DNA of 64,000 bases from Octopus bimaculoides (taxonomy: Eukaryota), in NCBI RefSeq assembly GCF_001194135.2, contig NC_068988.1:12772153-12836152 (forward strand), read 5' to 3'. The position numbers and the translations under genes were made by a program. Of the stretch, positions 24,760 through 33,670 are shown piece after piece (the first letter of the stretch is position 1; each line of letters begins with the position of its first letter). The notes under the pieces were generated by a model. That model did no database searches, was not told where the DNA came from, and saw only the letters and a list, made by a program, of their open reading frames with translations.

Positions 24760-27183
24760 GCACTTTTTTAGCTACAGCCTCAGGCTGAGTGAATTTGATA
24801 AGCAGAAACTAAAAGTCCATCCTTTGTATATGTATGTGTGAAAATGCTCATGCCCCTTAACCAGGGGAAATCTATACTTCTATTTTTTTATTCATTCACT
24901 AATTACTTAGTATTGGGCTGGGCGACCATGCTGGAGCATCACCTGGTAGTTTCTACTGTCAATTTTATTTTTCAGCTAATTCCTAATTTGCTGAGTTCAG
25001 AATGTATTCTGGTTTGTCAGTTTTTGAGGCATCTTTTACACCAGAAACAACTTGTTGTGCCTTGCCAAGCAAATTTTCTCCCAGTTGTACCTTTCTTCGA
25101 TATTACAGGTAAGTTTTCTTCATCTCTTTTATAACAGTGATGCTCATTTGCAGTCATCGCATGATGACCAGACAAGGAAACCACACACACACACACACAC
25201 ACACAATGTATATACAACAGGCTTTTTTAGATTCTGACTACCAGATCCACTAACAAGGCTTTGGTCAGCCTGGGGCTATAGTAGAAGACACTCACCCAAA
25301 GTGCCATGCAATGGGACTGAACCTAAGACCACATGATTGGGAAACAAGCTTCTTAACCACAGTCATGCCTGCTTTTCTGTATATTTCATCATCATCATCA
25401 TCATTTAACGTCCGTTTTCCATGCTGGCATGGGTTGGATGGTTTGACTGGGGACTGGCAAGCCAGGAGGCTGGACCAGGCCCCAATCTGATCCTTGGCTT
25501 GATTTCTACAACTGGATGCTCTTCTTATCACCAATCACCTTACACAGTGTATTGAGTGCATTGTATCATGGCACTAGCATTAGAGAGGTAGCTATGTCTT
25601 CAACAGGACTAAAAAGTCCTCTCCAACCTAGGATATGACTTCACTTTATGGTACCAGAAACTCCTACTGCTCTACCAAGTACGTGAGGTCCGTTAACTAA
25701 TTTGTTTCACGCAAATTACACTATCAACAAGAGTTTAACCAAATCAATTAGAAGGTCAATCTTTTTCTTTATACATTCAATTGTATAAATCAGTTGAATA
25801 TTAAACATGAATTCTTTTTGTAGTATATTTTTCTTGTTTCCACCATTTTAGGTTTACAAGAATATTCTGGATTGTGTCAGATTCTTATTGATTCTGCAGT
25901 TCTTCAGGGTCCACTAGATGCCAATAGTAGCAGACATGTACTCAACAATATTCTAGCTGTGATTAGAGTAAGCAACACATTATTATTATTATGAGTTTTT
26001 TCTTCTTTCAATTTTGTTTCCATTTCTTGCAGAATATCTTCCTGACTCCTCATTATTATTATCATCATCATCATTAAGGTGGTGGGCTGGCAGAATCATT
26101 AGCATGCCAGGCAAAATGCTTAGTGACGGCTCATCCATCCTTATGTTCTGAGTTCAAATTCTGCCGAGGTTAATGAAATAGGTACCAGTTATGTACTGGG
26201 GTTGATATAATCAACTAACCGTCACCCCAAAATTTCAGGCTTGTGCCTTTAGTAGAAAAGATTATTATTATTATTATTTGTAGTAGTAGTAGTAGTAGTA
26301 AGGCAGCAAGCTGGTAGAATCATTAGGACGCTGGGCAAAATGCTTAGTGGCATTTTGTCCGTCTTTACATTGTGAGTTCAAATTCAGCTGAGGTTGATTT
26401 TTGCCTTTCGTCCTTTCAGAGTTGATAAAATGAGAACCAGTCAAGTACTGAGGTTGATGTAATTAATTTATCCCCCTCCCCCAACTTTGCTGACCTTGTT
26501 GCCAAAATTTGAAGCCATAATTATTATTATTATTATTAGTAGTAGTAATAGTAGTATAGGACAGCAAGCTGGCAGATTCGTTACTGCACTAGGCAACATA
26601 AACATTTTTTTTAGAAACCATTGACTGGTTAGTTGGCCAGCTAACCAATTGGTTGGCTTCCAGAACTTTTCTTTCTTTTTTCTCTTTTTTTATATTATTT
26701 TCTTTTTATTTTATATTCCAGAAACTAATTCTTTCAGAAAATGTTCTCAACCAAACTACAAATGTGTTGTTTGCCATTTTGGTGATTTCCCAGACATTTT
26801 CAAATTTAGTTTTGATCCTGAAGTTTCTGCCTTGGTTTAACAGTGAAACCGTATTGCTATATCTCGTTGAAACTACATCATTTTTAAACTCCTATGCATC
26901 TCTTTACTTTGATCAAATATTGAAACTGGAATCTGGTGGCATTCATTTCCAAACGAAAACAAACAATCTAGAAAATTCGAAAACTTCAGCCAACAAAGAA
27001 GATTTAGAAGAGACATCAATGGATTTAATATCAGTGAATGATTCTAAGATAAGTGCCTCTTTTGTGTGTCATCTTTTGGACTCAATATTTGATCTTCTCA
27101 CCGTTCTAAAAGCTTCGCAAATAAAAGAATCTCTCTCTAGGAATATTAAAAACATCCAAGAAAAATATGAAGTATTTTGGTAA
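12435..27183 (+). CDS. GEMIN4: Gem-associated protein 4 (SMN complex subunit), 15 coding exons, about 1110 aa
   Basis: Manual exon chain with GT-AG boundaries and matching phases: 12435-12494 (tentative), 14814-15161, 15909-16836, 17262-17316, 17605-17734, 19183-19356, 20115-20222, 20670-20847 (donor in N gap), 21941-22300, 23244-23338, 23762-23819, 24107-24234, 24976-25108, 25852-25967, 26722-27183; total 3333 nt. Peptides are colinear with human Gemin4 as I recall it: WLKEEIKSLDWTVKFRLRKLL ~ [33 protein letters not shown] ~ RRLLEKQLLHVP; VLLQFCYTLNDCTEFW ~ LLFSLCQLLDRFSKYW; DLLVIAQAVLPHIAPVVYFELV ~ [22 protein letters not shown]. Confidence 0.85.
12830..13020 (+). mobile_element. tRNA-derived SINE, family B
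   Basis: TTCTGAGTTCAAAT B-box region and central GTCGACTTTGCCTTTCATCCTTTCGGGGTCGATAA-like segment shared by more than 10 copies. Confidence 0.75.
13261..13705 (-). mobile_element. ~450-bp interspersed repeat, family D
   Basis: Reverse complement of 17920-18360. Confidence 0.8.
13720..14125 (-). mobile_element. Two SINE family B copies
   Basis: Reverse-complement homology to 18478-18695. Confidence 0.7.
14814..15161 (+). CDS. GEMIN4: GEMIN4 exon 2
   Basis: Polypyrimidine tract + TAG acceptor, 348-nt open frame, GTAAGG donor. Confidence 0.9.
15175..15790 (-). mobile_element. Two SINE family B copies (about 15175-15375 and 15565-15790) in GEMIN4 intron 2
   Basis: Reverse-complement homology to 18478-18695. 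Confidence 0.75.
15909..16836 (+). CDS. GEMIN4: GEMIN4 exon 3
   Basis: TTTCAG acceptor, 928 nt open (covers ORF 15957..16871), donor G|GTAAGG, phase 1. Confidence 0.9.
17262..17316 (+). CDS. GEMIN4: GEMIN4 exon 4
   Basis: TTTTTACAG acceptor, DVFLEMFANRKIDDWKDER, donor GTAAAT; phase 1 to phase 2. Confidence 0.8.
17605..17734 (+). CDS. GEMIN4: GEMIN4 exon 5
   Basis: TTTCCTAG acceptor, open frame FFEYVNTHK...EKYLQ, donor CAG|GTATGT. Confidence 0.8.
17920..18440 (+). mobile_element. ~450-500-bp interspersed repeat, family D
   Basis: Homologous in inverted orientation to 13261-13705. Confidence 0.8.
18478..18695 (+). mobile_element. SINE family B copy
   Basis: GAGCTGTCAGAATCGTTAGCAC head, GAGTTCAAAT B box, conserved central segment. 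Confidence 0.8.
19183..19356 (+). CDS. GEMIN4: GEMIN4 exon 6
   Basis: TTCTTTCAAG acceptor, VLLDAFASLP...ELNKLTEIKDMK, donor GTTACA. Confidence 0.8.
20115..20222 (+). CDS. GEMIN4: GEMIN4 exon 7
   Basis: CCTTTCAG acceptor, IPYKISQYALLDIESIIKISVATALRNPKQMDVIIK, donor GTAAGA. Confidence 0.85.
20670..20847 (+). CDS. GEMIN4: GEMIN4 exon 8 (3' end abuts the gap)
   Basis: TTTTCAG acceptor; EKQQNTYIKLLQQLLT ~ Gemin4 EEKQFLELLNCLMS; the donor is hidden in Ns, but ending here gives the phase 1 required by exon 9. Confidence 0.8.
21941..22300 (+). CDS. GEMIN4: GEMIN4 exon 9
   Basis: TTTTCCATAG acceptor, 360 nt open, donor G|GTGAGT. Confidence 0.9.
22554..22912. mobile_element. Tail-to-tail pair of SINE family C copies
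   Basis: Plus copy 22554-22727 and minus copy about 22750-22912, separated by (AT)n. Confidence 0.85.
23244..23338 (+). CDS. GEMIN4: GEMIN4 exon 10
   Basis: TTTTTACAG acceptor, contains LDWTVKFRL (Gemin4 LDWTVGLRL), donor GTAAGT. Confidence 0.9.
23762..23819 (+). CDS. GEMIN4: GEMIN4 exon 11 (58 nt)
   Basis: CATTCTACAG acceptor, VNQSICCQFLKTQNLQHDC, donor GTGTGT; needed to convert phase 0 (exon 10) to phase 1 (exon 12). Confidence 0.65.
24107..24234 (+). CDS. GEMIN4: GEMIN4 exon 12
   Basis: TTCTTTGTAG acceptor, ...HICLALAQ, donor CAG|GTGAGT. Confidence 0.85.
24300..24640 (-). mobile_element. SINE family C copy
   Basis: Reverse-complement homology to 22554-22727 plus the 5' tandem units. 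Confidence 0.8.
24976..25108 (+). CDS. GEMIN4: GEMIN4 exon 13
   Basis: TTTTTCAG acceptor, [30 protein letters not shown]..., donor G|GTAAGT. Confidence 0.9.
25852..25967 (+). CDS. GEMIN4: GEMIN4 exon 14
   Basis: CATTTTAG acceptor, open frame ending NILAVIR, donor GTAAGC. Confidence 0.85.
26075..26520 (+). mobile_element. Two tandem SINE family B copies
   Basis: Homology to 18478-18695; separated by (TTA)n/(GTA)n. Confidence 0.8.
26722..27183 (+). CDS. GEMIN4: GEMIN4 terminal exon 15
   Basis: Long pyrimidine tract + CAG acceptor, 462 nt to the TAA stop; AATAAA at 27192-27197. Confidence 0.85.
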   Translation, partial: KLILSENVLNQTTNVLFAILVISQTFSNLVLILKFLPWFNSETVLLYLVETTSFLNSYASLYFDQILKLESGGIHFQTKTNNLENSKTSANKEDLEETSMDLISVNDSKISASFVCHLLDSIFDLLTVLKASQIKESLSRNIKNIQEKYEVFW

Positions 27184-27774
27184 AAAAATTAAATAAAATA
27201 TTTAATTAAAAAATAACTCTTTATAAATTATTTTTCCTTCTTTACTCTTCCATTTTTTTCCCCCATTGGCTTTTTATTTTGACAACAATTTATTTTAGTT
27301 TATTTATATTTAATATTGCTCACAGGAAGACTAAATACATAAGAATATCATTGTTATCCACCACTGGTCATAATGTGCTTCTTCATGTTGTAGCTTTCAA
27401 ATGATGCCACCCCACTGGCTAAGTGGGTAGGTCTAAAGTGTATAATTGACCAAAATCATGACATTCCCTTTAAACAGGATGCCAATCCGTTGCAGGGTAA
27501 TTCGTTTACAGTGGAGCAATGTGAAATGAAGTGTTTTGCTCAAGAACACAACACACTCCCTGGTCCAGGAAATGAAACCACAATTTTGCAGTTATGAGTG
27601 CAACTGAGTTCAAATTCTGCCGAGGTCGACTTTGCCTTTCATCCTTTCGGGGTCAATTAAATAAGTACTAGTTACGCAATGGGGTCCGTTTGTCTGTCCT
27701 TGTTTGTCCCCTCTGTGTGTAGCCCCTTGTGGGCAGTAAAAAGAAGTAAGAATACATCCCCATGTATTATGTAC

Positions 27775-28240
27775 ATTATTTACAATTGACGGATATTTGT
27801 CCTCATCTTGTTTGCTGTTAACACAACATTTCAGCTGATATACCCTCCAGCCTTCATCAGGTGTCTTGGGGAAATTTCGAACCTGAGTTCTCATTCCTAA
27901 GGTATTTTTCGATGTTATTATTATTATTAGTGTTCAGGTCACTGCCTGGAATCGAACTCAGAATCTTGGGGTTAGTAGCCCGCGCGCTTAACCACTACGT
28001 CATATGCCCATGGGCATATGGTGTAGTGGTTAAGAGTGCGGGTTACTAACCCCAAGATTCCGAGTTCGATTCCAGGCAGTGACTTGAATAATAATAATAA
28101 TATCGAAAAATACCTCAGGAATGAGAACTCAGGTTTGAAATTTCCCCAAGACACCTGATGAAGGCTGGAGGGTATATCAGCTGAAATGTTGTGTTAACAG
28201 CAAACAAGATGAGGACAAATATCTGTCAATTGTAAATAAT
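27775..28240. repeat. Spacerless ~466-bp palindrome; each arm is a tRNA-like head plus a hammerhead-like motif
   Basis: Centre CATATGCCCA|TGGGCATATG at 28010/28011; arms of 236 and 230 bp are near-perfect reverse complements. Confidence 0.9.
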
Positions 28241-28961
28241 TCCACATCTCTTAAATATGGAACTGTAATATCCCCACATATTTGCTTAAGATAAATAACA
28301 ATATTAACATAAAATTTAATTAATTGTTAAATAATTTATTCAATATATAAAAGGCAAATACAAAAGTTTTAAGAAGTTAGTCACAAGTTTCAATATTTGG
28401 ACTACAGCCATGCTGGAGTACTGACTTCAAGTGTTTTAGTCCATAATATTGTCCCTATTACATTTTCTAGTCTGGTTACCAAATGACTAATTTATAAACT
28501 TTAAAGGAACACAATATAAATAACAACTGGTGTAAACATAAATACAGATGCAGATTCACAAATATAAAAACATGTAAAGCTTAGAATATAAAATGCCAAG
28601 TGTGTGGAGGTTTTTTTTGTTTTGTTTTGTTTTGGTTGGTTTCCTCCCTTTCTGATATGGTGATAGGACGAAGACTGTCCTGAGAGAGAGATAAATAGAT
28701 AGGTGGAAGATTGACAAAGTGTGGGGGGTGAAGAGGCCAGCAAGTGATGAAAGCAGATGCTGAAATATATAGAAATGCAAACAGGAAATGGGAATTAGAG
28801 AGGTAAAGTGATAAAATAAAAGATATCTTGAGAGTAAACAAATGATAGGGAGAGAAATTTCTGTATGGTATTGAGATGTGAAGTAGGAGAGTGAGTGGAC
28901 TTTAAAAGAATAAAGATAAAGAAGAAAATGGAACAAGGCTTGAAGTGAAAAGATGTATATG

Positions 28962-29011
<50 letters not shown>

Positions 29012-30399
29012 ACACACACACATACATCAGGTTTCTACACAGTTTCCTTCTACCAAGTTTCATACACCAGAATATCAATGCTAGAGTAAGAGACATTTGC
29101 ACAGTAAGATCACATCTGGATCCATCTACTTACAGAACAAACACTCTAGTCACACAGTCATGCTTTAGAGTTTATTACATGAAGCACAACTGAATGATAA
29201 TCTAGTTGGTGCTTAGTGAACAAATTAGACAGAATAATGATAGTGCATTGCATACTTAATTAATGTTTGTTAGTAAATGATCGATTAATTACATTATTAG
29301 ATCAAATTATGGTTTTTTGCAGTAGTCTTATGTGGATTGTTGATGAATTCTGTTTATGATATGTCTTCTGGTTGGACAGAAGGATTTTAAAATTGGCATA
29401 GAAGAAACTTTACAAGTTGTTATATATAAAGTAAATGGTGAAAAAAAAGAAAATGTGTATTTTAAAGGTGTCCTGTTTTGGTGGGGAAATACATTGTTGC
29501 AAAAATTTGTCTTTAGTTTTGGTTGATGCAGAAGAAGACAATTAAAATTGCTTTCTCTCTTTTCTTTCATCTTTTCTTTGTTACTGAAAAAGAAAGAAAA
29601 ACATTTGTATATATAATAATCTGCTTGTTCATTCACCAGTTATACATTAGTTAATTAGAGAGGTAGGGAGAAGGGGAGTGAAGAAAGAAGAGAGGAAGAA
29701 GAAGAGAAAGGTGATTAATATTAATACATTTAAGCATCACATGATCAGCTGAGGGTAGAAGCGAAGAATGAGAGAAAAAGAGGAAGAGAGAAGTGTTAAT
29801 AACATGCAAATGGGGAAGGAATACTTATTTAGGTAGTTAAAGTTAGCTGAAGAGAAAAATAGATAGAAAGAGATGGGCAGGGGAGGCAGTTCTATTGAGA
29901 GAGAGAAAGAGAGGCAGGTGGTGGTGGTGGTATATTGATTTTTTATTGAACTAATTTTTTTTTTATAGCAACCATCATCTGCTTGCTTTAAAAATTGATA
30001 TGTGTTTATAAAGGTTAGTTTAGCCTAAACTCTGGATTTGCATGAAACACAGTTACAAGTTGCTCAAGAAAGGATACGCAAATATAGAACACAGATCAGT
30101 GAGGAACAGCAAGAAGATATAATAAAAAGAGGAAAAAGACAACACTGACAGAGACGTGAGGAAATGAATGGAGATAAAACGTCAAAAGTATTTAAAGAAA
30201 GCTAAACTATGAATGCTATAAAAATGTAAATTATCCTTTCTTTCTTAAATAGGTCTTCTTAATTTTTTCCATTCTGTGGAATTTCCACAGGTAGTACTTG
30301 TGTATATTTTACTTGGGCATTGCAAAATTAATAACCTGTTGAGAAGTGTTGAGTGCAGTGCAGTGATAAGAAAATGGAATGACAAACAAATAAACGATT

Positions 30400-30570
30400 A
30401 TCTTATGAACTTCATTATCTTACAGCTGTTTCTGTGAGTGCCTGAGTAACACCTTGTGGCTTCATCAGAGAAGCACCTTATAGCTTCAATGAAGTGTTAC
30501 TCAGGCATTCAACTATGAATCCACAGCATCTAATAGCAGAAACAACTGTAAGCTAATGAAGTTAATAAGT
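30400..30570. repeat. Inverted duplication with hammerhead-like remnant
   Basis: CTTCATTATCTTACAGCTGTTTCTG pairs with CAGAAACAACTGTAAGCTAATGAAG; TGAGTGCCTGAGTAACAC pairs with GTGTTACTCAGGCATTCA. Confidence 0.7.
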
Positions 30571-32545
30571 TAATCATTTATTCCTTTGTCATCTCATTTT
30601 CTTATATATATCAAGCAATATACCACTGGTTATGGCATATAGCTGATATCAGATTGTTGCTTTCGTGGTTGACAACACTTTAGACATGCTGGCCAGAAGC
30701 GTGTAGCTTCGTTTATGCTGGAGGTACATAGATTCTAGATTGATTTGGTAGTAGCAAAAGGGTGTAATGAAATTCAGTGCAAAATATTGAGAAAGAGTTA
30801 TTTCCCATGAACTGGTATTAATGGGTGAAAGAGTTATTTCCCCATGGACTGGTGTTAATCTTTCTTGTACTGCCATTTATCATCTCCTCCTTCTTGAATC
30901 CATTCCTATTCTTTCACCTCCCCCTCATATTAATACATACCGTTGACGACACCTTCTCCCTTATTCCATTCACTTCAACAACACATCTCTATCCATCTGT
31001 TACTCTCCTTTCATACTTGAATGAATTCATCTAAGACCCTTCCTGATTATTTGTATTTTCTCTAATAATCACTTTCTTGTGCTTTGAGATTATGTTCTGA
31101 CGCCTCATCATCACCGTTATTGTCTTCTTTATAGCTAGACCCGCCTGCCCTTATATACTGCAGAGAAGCCATATATTTCCTCTATAGCAAGGTATAAAGC
31201 CATCGCCCTCTTTGCTACAACCTCACTTAGTCAAGCATCTTTTCTTTGTCTTGTTAGTTACCTTGTCACCTTATAGTGCTAGTATCATGGAAGAAGCACT
31301 TGGTACATTTTGTAAAGTGGTTGGTGTTGGGAAAGGTATCCAGCTGTAGAAACCATGTCAAAGTAGGCATTGGAGCTCATTACAGTCCAGCTCAATGTCA
31401 CAAAAGCACATTGAAAAATCAACTGGGAAACTTGAACAGATAACGCAGTGATTCACAACCTAATGCTCAGTGTTTTTTTGTAATTTACCAATAAATAATA
31501 TTTGCCTTCATAGTTTTCAAAACAAAAAATTACGTTCCTAGACAAACAATAACAATAAAAATTGGTCAAAAGAGCATACACTCACTCTCAGTTATGCACA
31601 ACAAGTACACTGGTGATTTTCTATAAAAATGTTTAAAGCAACCCCAAACACTTAAGCATTACTGTGGGTGATTGTAAGAATGAGGTGCTGGAAAAAATAC
31701 CAGCCACTTTCATGAACCTCATCTTTTATTTTGGTAAGACAAGATGCCAGTGATAAAATTTTCATCGCTTATGTAAGGTGTCACCAAGAACTGCACTTCT
31801 TGCACATTGTAAAGCAATTGGTGATAGGAAAGGCTTGTAGCCAAGATGAAGTGTATAAGCAAGGTGTAGTTTCTGACCTGTTTTGCAGGGAGTAACTCTA
31901 ATAAGAACTGCTTTGGATGTTGACAATCTATCTGTATTGTGCCAGCACGGAAAATAGATGCAAAAAGATGAAGAGGTGCACACAGACACAAACACACGTC
32001 ATCATCATCATTATTTAATGTTTGGTTTCAATGCTAGCATGGATTGGATCGTTTAACAGGAGCTGACAAGTCAGGGGACTGTCAAACTCCTATGTCTGCT
32101 TTGATATGGTTCTTACAGCTGGATGCTCTTCATATCACCAACCATTTTACAGAGCATACTGAGAGAATTTTACCAAAACACATGAGGTCATCATTTAACT
32201 TGCAAGATAAGATGCTTCAGATGAGTGGAGTGTAGTCTGGAAGAAGTGACATTATAATAAGTGATGAGAGGTTAAAGTATAATAGAGGGATAGGAAAGGT
32301 GTCTTGCTTTAGAGAAGATATATGGTTACTCAAGCTGCAAAAGAGCGAATGTGTGTGTGAATATACAAGTACCTGAACAAATATAAAATGATTATGTGAT
32401 ATTTTGAGATATTTTCAGTGACAAATTTTCAAAAGAATATTTTTTGCTCATAGAAGTGGAAAATATTGAAAGCGTAAAACCACTAATAGAAATATTCAAA
32501 ATGGCAATTCCATGGGGTAAGTACAGATTTATTTGTTTTCATATA

Positions 32546-32747
32546 TTATTGAAGTAGTATGTTGGCTTTATAGTTTACGTGGAGACTTTTGCCACTTATA
32601 CAAGATGGTACTGGAAAGCTCCTGGCTTTAAGGGTATTGCGAAAGGCCTGGTTGGATGCCCAACCTTCCAAGTTTTTTATGGAGCTTAGAAAATCTGAAG
32701 GATTGCTGCAATATTGTGTGAATCTGAGAGGGGAATATGTTGAATAA
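32546..32747 (-). mobile_element. Possible Penelope-like element RT C-terminal fragment
   Basis: Open frame next to the gap, YSPLRFTQYCSNPSDF...FRNTLKARSFP, loosely resembles the PLE thumb motif YSQxLRxRRICSxxxDF...RGYP (recalled). Confidence 0.3.
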
Positions 32748-33430
32748 NNNNNNNNNNNNNNNNNNNNNNNNNNNNNNNNNNNNNNNNNNNNNNNNNNNNN
32801 NNNNNNNNNNNNNNNNNNNNNNNNNNNNNNNNNNNNNNNNNNNNNNNNNNNNNNNNNNNNNNNNNNNNNNNNNNNNNNNNNNNNNNNNNNNNNNNNNNNN
32901 NNNNNNNNNNNNNNNNNNNNNNNNNNNNNNNNNNNNNNNNNNNNNNNNNNNNNNNNNNNNNNNNNNNNNNNNNNNNNNNNNNNNNNNNNNNNNNNNNNNN
33001 NNNNNNNNNNNNNNNNNNNNNNNNNNNNNNNNNNNNNNNNNNNNNNNNNNNNNNNNNNNNNNNNNNNNNNNNNNNNNNNNNNNNNNNNNNNNNNNNNNNN
33101 NNNNNNNNNNNNNNNNNNNNNNNNNNNNNNNNNNNNNNNNNNNNNNNNNNNNNNNNNNNNNNNNNNNNNNNNNNNNNNNNNNNNNNNNNNNNNNNNNNNN
33201 NNNNNNNNNNNNNNNNNNNNNNNNNNNNNNNNNNNNNNNNNNNNNNNNNNNNNNNNNNNNNNNNNNNNNNNNNNNNNNNNNNNNNNNNNNNNNNNNNNNN
33301 NNNNNNNNNNNNNNNNNNNNNNNNNNNNNNNNNNNNNNNNNNNNNNNNNNNNNNNNNNNNNNNNNNNNNNNNNNNNNNNNNNNNNNNNNNNNNNNNNNNN
33401 NNNNNNNNNNNNNNNNNNNNNNNNNNNNNN

Positions 33431-33610
33431 AAAAGCACCCACTACACTCTCTGAGTGGTTGGCGTTAGGAAAGGCATCCAGCTGTAGAAACTCTGCCAAA
33501 TTAGATTGGAACCTGGTGTTGCCATCCGGTTTCACCAGTCCTCAGTCAAATCGTCCAACCCATGCTAGCATGGAAAGCGGACGTTAAACGATGATGATGA
33601 TGATGATGAT
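33431..33610 (+). mobile_element. SINE family C copy (young)
   Basis: Nearly identical to 22550-22727; (GAT)n tail. Confidence 0.85.
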
Positions 33611-33670
33611 ATTTGATTTAGATTCACTTACACTATCAACTTCTTTATCCATTTATTTGCAATGGATGCA

